This document shows, piece after piece, positions 28,621 through 39,480 of a DNA stretch of 64,000 nucleotides. How positions within the stretch are numbered: the stretch's first letter is position 1; each line of letters opens with the position of its first letter. The translations under genes were made by a program, and so were the position numbers. The notes beneath the pieces are model-generated. The model saw only the letters and a list, made by a program, of their open reading frames with translations, ran no database searches and was not told the DNA's origin. Origin of the DNA: an uncultured Verrucomicrobiota bacterium (lineage in GTDB: Bacteria > Verrucomicrobiota > Kiritimatiellia > CAIKKV01 > CAITUY01); assembly GCA_964508705.1 (NCBI GenBank), contig CAZDUS010000001.1, forward strand, positions 80,799-144,798, written 5' to 3'.

Positions 28621-31128
28621 ATGAACGAACGATACCCTTTTGAAAATGTCGAATCCAAGTGGCAGAAGTACTGGGCCGACAACGGCGTATTCAACGTGGA
28701 CACCTCGCGCCACGAAAAGAAATACTACTGCCTCACCATGTTCCCCTATCCCTCCGGCACCATGCACGTCGGACACGGACGCAACTACATCATCGGCGAC
28801 GCCGTCACCCGCTACAAAATGGCCCGCGGCTTCCGTGTCCTCTCCCCCATGGGTTGGGACGCCTTCGGCCTGCCCGCGGAAAATGCCGCCAAACAGCGAG
28901 GCGTCCACCCCAAGGAGTGGACATACAGCAATATCGAGAAGATGAAACTCCAACTCCAGTCCTGGGGCATCGCCTACGACTGGAACCGCGAAATCGCCAC
29001 CTGCCACCCCGACTATTACCGCTGGACCCAGTGGGTCTTCCTCAAACTCCACGAACGCGGCCTCGCCTACCAGAAGAATGCACCCGTCAACTGGTGCGAC
29101 TATTGCACCACCCTCGCCAACGAGGAAGTCCTCCCTAATGGCACCTGCGAACGTTGCGGTCGCCCCGTCCACAAGAAGGACCTCACCCAGTGGTTCTTCA
29201 AGATCACCGAGTATGCCCCGAAACTGCTCGATGACTTATCCCTGCTCGATAAGTGGCCCGAAAAGGTCCGCACCATGCAGGCCAACTGGATCGGACGTTC
29301 CGAGGGCGCCCGCGTGGAATTCACCATTGCCGAAACCGGGGACCCCTGCCCCGTCTTCACCACGCGCCCGGATACCATCTACGGTGTCACCGTCATGGCT
29401 CTCGCTCCGGAACACCCCCTCGTGGAAAAACTGCTCAAGAACAATCCACGGGAAACGGAAATCCGCGCCTTCGTGGAAAAGGAAAAAATGGTCTCCGCCG
29501 CCGAGCGAACCGATGACAACACCCGCAAGGAGGGCGTGTTCTCCGGCTACCACGTCAAGAACCCCTACAACGGCGACCTCGCCCCGCTGTGGATCACCAA
29601 TTACGTCCTCATGGAATACGGCACCGGCGCCGTAATGGCAGTCCCCGCCCATGACCAGCGGGACTTCGATTTCGCCAAGACCTACAAACTCCCCATCAAG
29701 GTCGTCATCCAGAACCCCGAAGGCTCCCTCAAGCCCGAGGCCATGAAGGAAGCCTATGTCGAGGACGGCACCATGGCGAATTCCGGCCCGTTCAACGGAC
29801 GCCAGAACCGCGAAGCCATGCACGACATCATCCAATTTGCCGTGGACGGCAAATTCGGTGAATTCACCACCAACTACCGCATCCGCGACTGGCTGATCAG
29901 CCGCCAGCGCTACTGGGGGGCCCCAATCCCAATCGTCCATTGCGATTCCTGCGGCTCTGTCCCCGTCCCGGAAAAGGACCTCCCAGTTCTGCTTCCCGAC
30001 GACGTCGATTTCAAATCCGAGCGCGGCAACCCCCTCTCCTTCCACGAGGAGTTCGTCAAGACAACCTGTCCCAAGTGCGGCAAACCCGCGCGCCGGGAAA
30101 CCGATACCCTCGCACAGTGGCTTTGCTCCTGCTGGTACTACCTCCGCTACGTTAACCCGCGGCTGACCACTGCCGCCTATAACAAGGCTGACGTGGATTA
30201 CTGGTTGCCCGTCGATCAATACATCGGTGGTATCGAGCACGCCGTTCTTCATTTGCTCTATTCCCGGTTCATCCTCAAGGTCCTGCACGACGCCGATACC
30301 TGCTCCTTCCGCGAGCCCTTTGGCGCCCTGTTCACCCAGGGAATGATCTGCAAGCGCAGCGAGAAGGACGGTCAGCTTTACAAGATGTCCAAGTCCAAGG
30401 GCAATGTAGTCTCGCCGGACGAACTCATTCGTGAATACGGAGCCGACACCGTCCGCCTCTACACGCTCTTCATCGGCCCGCCGGAAAAGGATGCCGAATG
30501 GAACGATGCCGGCGTCGAAGGCGCATTCCGTTTCCTCCGCCGCATCTGGCGGCGCGTGTACGATACCCGCGACCTCTTGCTGGCCTCCAGCTCCTTGAAG
30601 CCCGCCCTCGCCAAGATGGAGACTCCCGAACGGAATCTCTACCGCAAACTCCACGAGAGCATCGCCAAGATCACGCACGATCTGGAAGGCGCGTTCCAAT
30701 TCAATACCGCCATCGCCCAGATCATGGAACTCATGAACGCCCTGGACGATATCAAGGTGGACGCCTCCAGCAGTGAACAATGCCGCGCCGTCTACCGTGA
30801 AGCCATCGAGACGCTGGTGATCCTGATTTCCCCGTTCGCTCCGCACTTTGCCGAGGAACTCTGGGGCGAGTTGGGGCACCCCCCCTCGGTCATCAAGGCA
30901 ACCTGGCCCGAGGTGAACACCAAGGCCCTGGCACGTGATGAAATCGAGATCGTCATCCAACTCAACGGCAAGATTCGCGGACGCGAAGTCATCTCGACGA
31001 GCCTTTCCCCGAAGGCCGTGGAAGCCCACGTTCTGACGCTGGACTCCACCAAGCAACTCGTGGCGGGCTTGACCATCCGCAAGGTCGTCGTGGTACCGGG
31101 CAAACTGGTTAACATCGTGGCCACCTGA
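28621..31128 (+). CDS. leuS: Leucyl-tRNA synthetase
   Basis: 835 aa with the HVGH (HIGH) and KMSKS signatures and a CP1 editing domain. Confidence 0.97.
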   Translation: MNERYPFENVESKWQKYWADNGVFNVDTSRHEKKYYCLTMFPYPSGTMHVGHGRNYIIGDAVTRYKMARGFRVLSPMGWDAFGLPAENAAKQRGVHPKEWTYSNIEKMKLQLQSWGIAYDWNREIATCHPDYYRWTQWVFLKLHERGLAYQKNAPVNWCDYCTTLANEEVLPNGTCERCGRPVHKKDLTQWFFKITEYAPKLLDDLSLLDKWPEKVRTMQANWIGRSEGARVEFTIAETGDPCPVFTTRPDTIYGVTVMALAPEHPLVEKLLKNNPRETEIRAFVEKEKMVSAAERTDDNTRKEGVFSGYHVKNPYNGDLAPLWITNYVLMEYGTGAVMAVPAHDQRDFDFAKTYKLPIKVVIQNPEGSLKPEAMKEAYVEDGTMANSGPFNGRQNREAMHDIIQFAVDGKFGEFTTNYRIRDWLISRQRYWGAPIPIVHCDSCGSVPVPEKDLPVLLPDDVDFKSERGNPLSFHEEFVKTTCPKCGKPARRETDTLAQWLCSCWYYLRYVNPRLTTAAYNKADVDYWLPVDQYIGGIEHAVLHLLYSRFILKVLHDADTCSFREPFGALFTQGMICKRSEKDGQLYKMSKSKGNVVSPDELIREYGADTVRLYTLFIGPPEKDAEWNDAGVEGAFRFLRRIWRRVYDTRDLLLASSSLKPALAKMETPERNLYRKLHESIAKITHDLEGAFQFNTAIAQIMELMNALDDIKVDASSSEQCRAVYREAIETLVILISPFAPHFAEELWGELGHPPSVIKATWPEVNTKALARDEIEIVIQLNGKIRGREVISTSLSPKAVEAHVLTLDSTKQLVAGLTIRKVVVVPGKLVNIVAT

Positions 31129-31141
31129 TCAACCCACCTTT

Positions 31142-31165
31142 GGAGGGCCATGCTCCGTCATGGCC
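31142..31165 (+). terminator. Hairpin GGAG GGCCATG-CTCCGT-CATGGCC after leuS (repeat family 2)
   Basis: A perfect 7-bp stem lies 18 nt after the leuS stop. No U-tract follows it. A second copy is at 36440-36463. Confidence 0.5.
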
Positions 31166-31175
31166 AATACTCAAA

Positions 31176-31310
31176 ATGAACCGCTGGAAAGAAGGCATAC
31201 AAGCATTGGGGCGCTCGCTCTTCGGGTTGACCGTTTCCGAACGCCGCCTCTTATGCGTCATCGTAGCCCTAGCCCTCCTTGGCCTAGCCATCAAATGGTG
31301 GACCCGCTAA
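31176..31310 (+). CDS. 44-aa ORF resembling only the N-terminal membrane anchor of HhH/ComEA-type proteins (possibly a truncated gene)
   Basis: It is below the ORF-track size cut-off. Translation: MNRWKEGIQALGRSLFGLTVSERRLLCVIVALALLGLAIKWWTR*. No HhH domain follows. Confidence 0.3.
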   Translation: MNRWKEGIQALGRSLFGLTVSERRLLCVIVALALLGLAIKWWTR

Positions 31311-31606
31311 CTAGCGTATTGCCCCCTCGATCAAATGAACATAGGGCGCGCTGTCCTCGGCTAGCTGTTGTTACTAAGGACATTACGAGGGGGGCAAGCA
31401 CTTCGCGGGTCAGGACGATTGACGAATCGGAAGGTACTTTACTCTCATAAAGAATGTGGCAGAATTTCAACAAAGATTCACTGTGTCGCAAAATGGCGCC
31501 CCGGAAAGGGCGGCAAGGAGCTTAAGTGGTGAGCTGGTTGCTTCAATACGCATCATGAAGACCACAATCCTTTAGTCTCGCTGAAAAGCTAATCCAACGA
31601 CAGGGA

Positions 31607-34027
31607 ATGAAGAGTGCGTGTTCCATGAAGACGACCCTCTCAAGTTGCGGTCAACCGCCTGCGGTGGCCTCCCGACCAGCGATGTCGGTGGTCTTCTTGA
31701 TCGCAGCGCTGGTCGGCCTGGTGGGTTTCGCCCTTGATACGCCGATCAGCATTGTCGAATCCCCCATCCGGATCAGCCTGATCTTCGGTTCGCTCTTGCC
31801 CTTGGTGCTGGCCATAGCCTGGGGCTGGCGGGCCGGCCTGATCGCCGCGACCCTAGGACTTGCGGCGATGTATCCCTTTGCGGTCTGGCCCAAGAACGGC
31901 TGGGCCAATCTCTTGACTTACTTCCTGCTGTGCTTCTGGTTTACCCTGCACGGCTGGGCTGCCGAGCGGCGAAGCGCGGGACGGGACCGCTGGTGGCACA
32001 GCCCGTACATTGTCGAGCTGGCCTATAACCTGCTGTATGCCACGTGCATCCTCACCGTGTTCCGATGGTGCTTCGCGCTGAACCCCGCACCGTGGGCCGC
32101 CGACGCCGAGACGGTCATGCCCATGGTGATCGCCGAACTGATTGCCATCAAGTCTGCGATCAACGGCCTGGTGCTGGTGATGATGGCCGATACCCTTCTT
32201 CATCTGGGTCCGATGCGGCGCCTGCTACGGTTGCCCTGCGAACCCGAGCGGCGATGCGACACCGGGATCGTTTCGCTGGGGCTAGCGGTCGGAATGGTCA
32301 TGATGGGAATCGACGTCCTGGTGGCCGGACTTATGCAAGGCGGCTGGAGCGTTGAGATCTTTCGACCCGATCACCGGCGCCTGCTCTCGCAACTCCTGCT
32401 ACTACTGATCGTTCTGGCCGGCACCCTGCTGGTGGCCGCGGGCTTCCGCCGGCGCGAGCGCATTGGCCAGCAGTTGCAGGCGAGTAATCGGCGACTGGCA
32501 CTCGCTCTGCGGGGCGGAAGATTGGGGCTGTGGGATTGGTGCCCGCAGACCGGTGCCGTCATCTATGATGAAATGTGGGCCCGAATGCTAGGCTACCGAC
32601 CCGATGAGGTCGAACCCCGAGTTGACTTCTTTAAGCAGAGCGTTCACTCTGATGACCTGCAAGCCGTGCTTGATCGCCTGCAAGCCCATATCGAGGGACG
32701 GTCCCCGGCCTATGTGTCCGAGCACCGTCTACGCCGGAAGAGTGGCGAATGGATATGGGTCCACGATCAGGGAGAGGTCGCGGAGCGCGATGCAGAGGGG
32801 CATCCCATCCGGGTCACCGGCGTAATCGCCGACATCACCGAGCGCATCCATGCGGACAAGGATCGGGAGGCGCTCCAGACGCAACTGAGCCAGCACGAGA
32901 AAATGGACGCCATCGGCCAACTCGCCGGCGGGATCGCCCACGACTTCAACAACCAGCTCAACGGCATCATCGGGTTCGCGGAGCTGCTGAAGGCTAAGTC
33001 GAATGACGCCGTTCTCTATGGCTACGCCGAGAACATCCTGAAGGCCTCCCGCCGGGCGGCGACTCTCACCGCGCAACTCCTTGCCTTCGGCCGCAAGGGT
33101 AAGAACCTGATCGCCTCCGTGGACATGCACAAAGTCATTGCGGAGGTGGTCGAACTCCTGCACCGCAGCATCGACAAACGGATCGAGATCAAGCAGCACC
33201 TGGCAACGGCGTCCTCTGCCGTACTTGGTGACCCGACTCAACTGCAGAATGCGGTTCTCAATCTTGCCCTGAACGCTCGGGATGCCATGCCGCAGGGTGG
33301 TGTGCTAAGCTTCTCCACCCATGTCGTCACCTTGGAGGAGGGTTCTCTGGGAGAAGAGCTGGCCGCGGGCCAATATCTGGAGTTGTGTGTGACCGATACC
33401 GGCATTGGGATGGATGCCGAAGTGAAAAATCGGCTGTTCGAGCCCTTCTTTACCACCAAGGAAGTTGGCAAAGGCACCGGGCTCGGCCTTGCTTCCGTCT
33501 ACGGGACCATGCGGAACCACCACGGCGCAATCCGGGTTGATAGCGAGCCAGGCCGGGGTAGTTCCTTCCATCTGTACCTTCCAGTGCATGAGGTGCCCGA
33601 TACGGCGACGGTGGTCACCCCCGCAGCTATTTCCGTCCATGGCCACGGACGGATCCTGCTTGTGGATGACGAACCCATCAATCTCGTTCTCGGCAGCGCG
33701 ATGCTGCGGAATCTGGGCTATGAGGTGATCCCCTGCGACGATCCGATTCAGGCTCTGGAGCGTTATCAGCAGGAGTGGCGCACGATTGATCTGGTGTTGC
33801 TGGATATGATCATGCCGAAGTTGGGCGGCAAGCAGTTGTTTCTGGCCATGAAGCAGGAAAACCAGCATATCCGGGCGCTTCTCATGTCTGGCTTCAGCAT
33901 TGATGGTGAGGCGCAGGCTATCCTCGATCATGGGGTGCTCGCATTTTTGCAGAAGCCTTTCGAGTTGGCGGAGCTGTCGCGCAAAGTGGCAGACTCCATG
34001 AACGAGTCGGCACATATGGGCAGGTAA
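31607..34027 (+). CDS. Hybrid sensor histidine kinase (polytopic N-domain, PAS, HisKA, HATPase, receiver)
   Basis: It has about 8 TM helices, a PAS-like region (EMWARMLGY...HRLRRKSGEWIWV) and H-box GGIAHDFNNQL. Further motifs are NLALNARDA, DTGIGM and GTGLGL. The receiver reads ILLVDDEP...DLVLLDMIMPKLGG. Confidence 0.9.
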   Translation: MKSACSMKTTLSSCGQPPAVASRPAMSVVFLIAALVGLVGFALDTPISIVESPIRISLIFGSLLPLVLAIAWGWRAGLIAATLGLAAMYPFAVWPKNGWANLLTYFLLCFWFTLHGWAAERRSAGRDRWWHSPYIVELAYNLLYATCILTVFRWCFALNPAPWAADAETVMPMVIAELIAIKSAINGLVLVMMADTLLHLGPMRRLLRLPCEPERRCDTGIVSLGLAVGMVMMGIDVLVAGLMQGGWSVEIFRPDHRRLLSQLLLLLIVLAGTLLVAAGFRRRERIGQQLQASNRRLALALRGGRLGLWDWCPQTGAVIYDEMWARMLGYRPDEVEPRVDFFKQSVHSDDLQAVLDRLQAHIEGRSPAYVSEHRLRRKSGEWIWVHDQGEVAERDAEGHPIRVTGVIADITERIHADKDREALQTQLSQHEKMDAIGQLAGGIAHDFNNQLNGIIGFAELLKAKSNDAVLYGYAENILKASRRAATLTAQLLAFGRKGKNLIASVDMHKVIAEVVELLHRSIDKRIEIKQHLATASSAVLGDPTQLQNAVLNLALNARDAMPQGGVLSFSTHVVTLEEGSLGEELAAGQYLELCVTDTGIGMDAEVKNRLFEPFFTTKEVGKGTGLGLASVYGTMRNHHGAIRVDSEPGRGSSFHLYLPVHEVPDTATVVTPAAISVHGHGRILLVDDEPINLVLGSAMLRNLGYEVIPCDDPIQALERYQQEWRTIDLVLLDMIMPKLGGKQLFLAMKQENQHIRALLMSGFSIDGEAQAILDHGVLAFLQKPFELAELSRKVADSMNESAHMGR

Positions 34028-34066
34028 TGTGAAGCATAGGGGTCAGAGAAACCCTTGAAACAATAG

Positions 34067-34225
34067 ATAGCTTTTTGCAGGCGTCGCCGTGATTCGTCAC
34101 TGCGCGGTGTGGCTGTGCGATTCCTTTGCCGGTATGCCGGGCTTACCCAGCAACAAGCGGCTAAGGCACTAAACATAGGCAGCGGGGCGGCCATCAACCA
34201 CCAACTCCTTAAATCACATCAATAG
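34067..34225 (+). pseudogene. Possible C-terminal HTH remnant of a transposase-like (DnaA-C-type HTH) gene
   Basis: The frame reads ...RRRRDSSLRGVAVRFLCRYAGLTQQQAAKALNIGSGAAINHQLLKSHQ*. It has no start codon and an in-frame stop sits just upstream at 34064. The pattern resembles the HTH tail of REP-associated or IS200-like transposase-like proteins. This is a weak, by-eye call. Confidence 0.3.
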
Positions 34226-34277
34226 ACCCACCCCAATACTCGACAACCCAACCACCAAAGCGTATAAAGCTCAACCT

Positions 34278-35432
34278 ATGGGGGACACAAAAATCAAAAT
34301 CATGTCCGTCGTCGGCGCGCGTCCGAACTTTATGAAAATCGCGCCCTTCGCTCGCGAATTACGCATCCACGCCAAGCGCTTCGATCACATCCTCGTCCAT
34401 ACCGGCCAGCACTATGACGTCACCATGTCGGAAGCCTTTTTCAAGGCCCTCGACATCCCCAGCCCCGACGTCGATCTCGAAATCGGCTCTGGATCCCACG
34501 CCGAACAGGTCGGCCGCACCATGATAGCCTTCGAGAAAACCGTCCGAACCCACAAGCCGGACTGGGTCGTCGTTGTCGGTGACGTCAACGCCACTTGCGC
34601 CTGCGCCATCACCGCAAAGAAGGAACACGTCAAACTCGCCCACATCGAGGCCGGTCTGCGCTCCTTCGATCTCGATATGCCCGAGGAAATCAACCGGATG
34701 GTCACCGACCGCCTCTCCGATCTCCTCTTTACCACCGACGAATTAGCCGACACCCACCTCCTCCACGAAGGTGTCCCCGCCAACCGCATCAAACGGGTCG
34801 GCAACATCATGATCGACACCCTGGAGCAACAGCGCGCCACCGCCGCAACCTTGGACCCCAACACCTTCTGCCGCACCCAATCCCTCGAAGGAAGCTCCTC
34901 CCCTCTGCCTCCCATCAGGAATGATCGCTTTGCCGTCGTCACCCTGCACCGCCCCTCCAACGTGGATAACCCGGACATCCTGCGCCATCTCGTCACCTTC
35001 CTGACTGACGAAGTGGCCTCCGTTATGCCCTTGATCTGGCCAGTGCATCCGCGTACCCGCAAGCAACTGGAATCGTTCGGCTTGTGGAAAACCATTTGCC
35101 AATGCCCGGGCATGATCCTGACCTCCCCCCTCGGCTACCACGACATGCTGCGCCTCACCATGAGCGCCCGAGTCATGTTCTCTGACAGTGGCGGCCTCCA
35201 GGAGGAATGCTGTGTTATGGGGACCCCCTGCCTCACGCTCCGATGGAACACCGAGCGTCCAGTGACCCTCCGCGAACACGGCGGAGCCAGCATCCTGGTC
35301 GGAAACAATATCGACTCCATCCGGTCCGCCTTCCGCGAGAGCATAGCCCATCCGCGGTCTGTCCATCGCCCGCCCCTGTGGGACGGCAAAACCGCCGAAC
35401 GGATTGTTGCCTGTTTCAACGAATTGCAGTAA
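34278..35432 (+). CDS. wecB: UDP-N-acetylglucosamine 2-epimerase (non-hydrolysing family)
   Basis: 384 aa with VVGARPNFMKIAP, HTGQHYD and GSGSHAEQ. Confidence 0.9.
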   Translation: MGDTKIKIMSVVGARPNFMKIAPFARELRIHAKRFDHILVHTGQHYDVTMSEAFFKALDIPSPDVDLEIGSGSHAEQVGRTMIAFEKTVRTHKPDWVVVVGDVNATCACAITAKKEHVKLAHIEAGLRSFDLDMPEEINRMVTDRLSDLLFTTDELADTHLLHEGVPANRIKRVGNIMIDTLEQQRATAATLDPNTFCRTQSLEGSSSPLPPIRNDRFAVVTLHRPSNVDNPDILRHLVTFLTDEVASVMPLIWPVHPRTRKQLESFGLWKTICQCPGMILTSPLGYHDMLRLTMSARVMFSDSGGLQEECCVMGTPCLTLRWNTERPVTLREHGGASILVGNNIDSIRSAFRESIAHPRSVHRPPLWDGKTAERIVACFNELQ

Positions 35433-35440
35433 ATGACTAC

Positions 35441-35463
35441 CCTGAACTCTAAATCCTGAACCC
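35441..35463 (+). repeat. 7-nt-periodic spacer (CCTGAAC TCTAAAT CCTGAAC) between wecB and the epimerase gene
   Basis: Read directly from the sequence. Confidence 0.55.
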
Positions 35464-35467
35464 TTTT

Positions 35468-36427
35468 ATGAACATACTTGTTACCGGCTCCGCCGGTTTT
35501 ATTGGTTCACACATGGTGACCGCGCTCGTCAACGAGGGCCACCATGTCGTGGGCTTGGATAATTTCAACAACTACTACTCCGTCCAGCTCAAGCGTGATC
35601 GCCACGCGCTTCTCACCGCGCTGCCAAACTACACCGGGATCGAAGGCGATCTCTGCGACTATCCGCTCCTGACGCGTCTTTTCAAGGAACACAATTTCGA
35701 CGTCGTCTGCCATCTCGCTGCGCAGGCTGGCGTCCGTTACTCGCTCACCAACCCCTTCGTCTACGGCAAATCCAACCTCGAGGGTTTCATCAATATCCTC
35801 GAAGCCTGCCGCCACGCCAGAACCCCGCGCCTGGTCTACGCCTCCAGTTCCAGCGTCTACGGCGGCAACACCAAGTTGCCGTTCAGCGAAAGCGATACTG
35901 TGGATCATCCCGTGAGCCTCTATGCCGCCACCAAAAAAGCCAACGAACTCATGGCTCATACCTACACACACCTCTATGGCATCCAGACTATCGGCCTTCG
36001 CTTCTTCACCGTCTATGGCTCCTGGTACCGCCCCGATATGGCCCTCTGGCTCTTCACCGAATCCATGCTCGCCGGAAACCCCATCAAGGTCTTCAATAAC
36101 GGCAATATGCGCCGCGACTTCACCTACATCGACGACATCGTCGCCGGCGTCAATTCCGCCCTTTTCCGTCCCGGCCTCGCCCCCTACGAAGTCTTCAATC
36201 TTGGCAACCATCAGGCCGAAAAACTAATGGACATGATCCATGTGCTTTCCAGCGCCTTGGGTGTGGAGCCCAAGATGGATCTCCTGCCGATGCAACCGGG
36301 CGACGTCGAGGCAACCTACGCAGATGTGTCACTTGCAGGGGCGAAACTCGGGTTTAAACCCACCACCTCCATCGAGCAGGGAATACCGAAATTTGTTGAG
36401 TGGTACCGGGAGTATCACAAATGTTGA
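35468..36427 (+). CDS. NAD-dependent nucleotide-sugar epimerase (UDP-glucuronate 4-epimerase-like)
   Basis: 319 aa with VTGSAGFIGSH, the YAATK catalytic Tyr/Lys, and FFTVYG. Confidence 0.85.
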   Translation: MNILVTGSAGFIGSHMVTALVNEGHHVVGLDNFNNYYSVQLKRDRHALLTALPNYTGIEGDLCDYPLLTRLFKEHNFDVVCHLAAQAGVRYSLTNPFVYGKSNLEGFINILEACRHARTPRLVYASSSSVYGGNTKLPFSESDTVDHPVSLYAATKKANELMAHTYTHLYGIQTIGLRFFTVYGSWYRPDMALWLFTESMLAGNPIKVFNNGNMRRDFTYIDDIVAGVNSALFRPGLAPYEVFNLGNHQAEKLMDMIHVLSSALGVEPKMDLLPMQPGDVEATYADVSLAGAKLGFKPTTSIEQGIPKFVEWYREYHKC

Positions 36428-36439
36428 TGGTGTAATTCT

Positions 36440-36463
36440 GGAGGGCCACGCTCCGTCGTGGCC
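36440..36463 (+). terminator. Hairpin GGAG GGCCACG-CTCCGT-CGTGGCC after the epimerase gene (repeat family 2)
   Basis: It has the same flank and loop as 31142-31165. The stem differs by a compensatory pair: AT..AT becomes AC..GT. Confidence 0.5.
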
Positions 36464-36484
36464 GTGTTTATAGGAGCAGCAGAA

Positions 36485-37600
36485 ATGAACGTACCGTTAC
36501 TAGACTTGAAGGCGCAGTATCAATCGATCCGAGGCGAAATCGACGCCGCTGTGGCCAAGGTGTTTGAATCCCAATACTTCATTCTCGGCCCCAGCGTCAA
36601 AGCCTGCGAAGAAGGCATCGCCACCTATTCCCGATGCCCCCACGCCATCGGCGTCTCCTCCGGAACCGACGCCCTGCTCCTCGCTCTCATGGCCGAGGGG
36701 ATCGGACCCGGCGACGAAGTCATCACCTCGCCCTACACTTTCTTTGCCACCGCCGGTTCCGTCGCCCGTCTCGGTGCCCGTCCCGTCTTTGTGGATATCG
36801 AACCCGTCGCCTTCAACATCGACGTCTCAAAAATCGAGGCCGCCATCACCCCGAAAACCCGCGCCATCATGCCCGTCCACCTCTACGGACAAATGGCGGA
36901 CATGGACCCCATCATGGCGATCGCCAAACGCCACAAGCTGGCCGTCATTGAGGATGCCTGCCAATCCATCGGCGCCGAGTACAAGGGCCGCCGCGCCGGA
37001 TCCATCGGCACCTATGGCTGTTTCTCGTTCTTCCCCTCCAAGAACCTCGGCGGTGCGGGTGACGGCGGCGCCATCACCTGTCTCGACAAGGATCTCGCCA
37101 CAAAACTCGCCATCCTGCGCGTCCACGGCATGGAACCCAAGTACTTCCATCACATGCTGGGCGGCAACTTCCGGCTGGACGCCCTGCAGGCCGCCGTCGT
37201 CTCCGTCAAACTGAACCACCTTGACACATGGACCCAAAAGCGACAGGACAACGCCGCGCGCTATGACCGCCTCTTTGCCGCCGCCAACCTCGATGCCGCC
37301 GGAGTCAAGCGCCCTGCCACAATCATGTCCCGCCATGTTTTCAACCAATACGTCATCCGCACACCGCGCCGGGACGAACTGCGCGCCTTCCTGCAATCTC
37401 GGGACATCGGCGTCGAAGTCTACTACCCGCTCCCTCTGCACCTGCAGGAATGCTTCGCCTATCTCGGCCACAAAAAGGGCGATTTCCCGGAAAGCGAACG
37501 CGCCGCCCTGGAAACCCTCGCCCTGCCCATCTATCCGGAACTCTCCAACGCCCAGGCCGACTGGGTCGTCACAAGCATCAAGGATTATTTCAGCAAGTAA
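36485..37600 (+). CDS. DegT/DnrJ/EryC1/StrS-family sugar aminotransferase
   Basis: The start is at ATG 36485 ([12 protein letters not shown]). The PLP-lysine context FFPSKNLG is present. Confidence 0.9.
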   Translation: MNVPLLDLKAQYQSIRGEIDAAVAKVFESQYFILGPSVKACEEGIATYSRCPHAIGVSSGTDALLLALMAEGIGPGDEVITSPYTFFATAGSVARLGARPVFVDIEPVAFNIDVSKIEAAITPKTRAIMPVHLYGQMADMDPIMAIAKRHKLAVIEDACQSIGAEYKGRRAGSIGTYGCFSFFPSKNLGGAGDGGAITCLDKDLATKLAILRVHGMEPKYFHHMLGGNFRLDALQAAVVSVKLNHLDTWTQKRQDNAARYDRLFAAANLDAAGVKRPATIMSRHVFNQYVIRTPRRDELRAFLQSRDIGVEVYYPLPLHLQECFAYLGHKKGDFPESERAALETLALPIYPELSNAQADWVVTSIKDYFSK

Positions 37601-37621
37601 CCTGACAAGGAGGCCGTTACC

Positions 37622-38932
37622 ATGGACTACAAAACAAATCTAATCCGCAAACTCGACAAGAAGTCAGCCGTCATCGGAATCGTGGGGCTTGGTTATGTCG
37701 GACTCCCCTTGATGTTGCGATTCATCGAGGAAGGTTACAAGGTGTTGGGCATTGATATCGACCCGGTCAAGGTCAAGATGCTGTCCGCCGGCAAAAGCTA
37801 TATCAAGCACATCTCCTCCGGCGCTTTGCGGCACGCCCGCGATACCGGATTCGAGGCCACCACCGATTTCTCCAAGGCTCGCAAGGCAGACGCCCTGATC
37901 ATCTGCGTTCCCACCCCGCTCGACCAGCACCGCGAGCCCGACCTGAGTTTTGTCGTCGGCACCGTCGAATCGCTCATCCCCCATATCCGCGCCGGACAGA
38001 TCATGTCGCTGGAAAGCACCACCTATCCCGGCACCACGGACGAAGAGCTCGTCCCGAGGATCGCAAAGCGCGGCTTCACCATCGGCAAGGATTACTTCGT
38101 CGTCTTCTCGCCCGAGCGCGAGGATCCGGGCAACCCGAAATTCAGCACCCGCTCCATCCCCAAGGTCTGCGGTGGCGTCACCCCTCCCTGTCGCGATATC
38201 GGCGTGGCCTTGTACGGCAAGGTCATCGACAAGGTCGTCCCCGTCACCTCAACACGCGTGGCGGAAATGACCAAGTTACTGGAAAACATCCACCGCTCCG
38301 TGAACATCGGGTTGGTCAACGAAATGAAAATCGTGGCCGACCGCATGGGTATCGACATCCACGAAGTCATCGCCGCGGCCTCCACCAAGCCCTTCGGTTT
38401 CGTTCCCTACCAACCCGGCCCCGGCCTCGGCGGCCATTGCATTCCAATCGACCCCTTCTATCTGACGTGGAAGGCGCGCGAATACGGTGTCCACACCCGC
38501 TTCATTGAACTGGCTGGCGAGGTGAACAGCGGCATGCCGGAATGGGTCATCGGAAAACTCGCTGAAGCCCTGAATGAACGCGGGCGCTCAGTCAAGAACA
38601 GCCGCATCCTTGTTCTTGGCATCTCCTACAAGAAAGATGTGGATGACCCCCGCGAATCCCCCTCCGTGGTCCTTCTGGAGTTGCTCCGCAAGCGCGGTGC
38701 CCGATATGCCTATTCCGATCCCTATTTCCCAAGCTTCCCGAAAATGCGCGAACATCACTTCACGTTGAAAAGCGTCTCGCTAAACCCGCGGGTCATCGCG
38801 TCCTACGACGCCATCCTGATCGCCACCAACCATTCGTCATTCGATTACAAACTGTTGAAAAAGCACGCTAAGTTGATCGTGGATACGCGGGGCGTTTATC
38901 TCAAGCCTGCCCGCAACATTGTCAAAGCCTGA
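37622..38932 (+). CDS. UDP-N-acetyl-hexosamine 6-dehydrogenase (WbpA/WecC-like nucleotide-sugar dehydrogenase)
   Basis: 436 aa with [11 protein letters not shown] and [11 protein letters not shown] (catalytic Cys). Confidence 0.88.
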   Translation: MDYKTNLIRKLDKKSAVIGIVGLGYVGLPLMLRFIEEGYKVLGIDIDPVKVKMLSAGKSYIKHISSGALRHARDTGFEATTDFSKARKADALIICVPTPLDQHREPDLSFVVGTVESLIPHIRAGQIMSLESTTYPGTTDEELVPRIAKRGFTIGKDYFVVFSPEREDPGNPKFSTRSIPKVCGGVTPPCRDIGVALYGKVIDKVVPVTSTRVAEMTKLLENIHRSVNIGLVNEMKIVADRMGIDIHEVIAAASTKPFGFVPYQPGPGLGGHCIPIDPFYLTWKAREYGVHTRFIELAGEVNSGMPEWVIGKLAEALNERGRSVKNSRILVLGISYKKDVDDPRESPSVVLLELLRKRGARYAYSDPYFPSFPKMREHHFTLKSVSLNPRVIASYDAILIATNHSSFDYKLLKKHAKLIVDTRGVYLKPARNIVKA

Positions 38933-38948
38933 CAGCCTGCGCCCTTTT

Positions 38949-39386
38949 TCACACCACCATCACAAAGAGCGCAACGATAAGCCCACCGATCACACCGCAA
39001 GCCATGGACAATAATCCGGTGCGACAGCGCGGCGGACGTGGATGCATGTGGCGTAACGTCAAAAAGGAAATCACAGCGGAAATCAATAACGCTGTTGGAA
39101 CCGACCCCGCCAAGGCCGCCAGCAACACGGAGCCTAAACAATCCATCCCCGCGCCAACATAACACACGGAGCCATCCGTCGTCGTGAAGAGCCAGCGCCC
39201 CATCCATGTCCCGATCAATAATCCACCAATGATGCCTATCATGAAGGCAATCAGGGAGAGGCCAACGCTTCGCTTGCAAAACCACCCGGCGGCACCCCCG
39301 GTCACGGCTCCAGCCGCCATGGCAGTGATCAATGCCACTTCAACCAGTGACAAACCCTCAGCACCTGCATGTAACGGTAATGGCAT
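38949..39386 (-). CDS. Small polytopic membrane protein, unknown function
   Basis: 145 aa with four Gly/Ala-rich hydrophobic segments. I recognise no family. Confidence 0.45.
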   Translation of the reverse strand: MPLPLHAGAEGLSLVEVALITAMAAGAVTGGAAGWFCKRSVGLSLIAFMIGIIGGLLIGTWMGRWLFTTTDGSVCYVGAGMDCLGSVLLAALAGSVPTALLISAVISFLTLRHMHPRPPRCRTGLLSMACGVIGGLIVALFVMVV

Positions 39387-39480
39387 GGTGATCGATCCTT
39401 CCGCTTGCGAACACCATCATTCAACCACAACCCCTTAAGGAACACGAGCCCGATAATTCAGCACTCGTACCCTGCCCGGT

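Noticed and set aside
29236-31056. 606-aa ORF antisense to leuS. Similar long antisense or out-of-frame ORFs occur elsewhere, e.g. 55801..57165, 8187..8978, 2528..3319, 35507..36211 and 53068..53850.
   Set aside because: Their translations are low-complexity Arg/Gly/Pro/His/Asp-rich strings, as expected from non-coding frames of GC-rich DNA. In every case the opposite strand or another frame encodes a protein with unmistakable family motifs.
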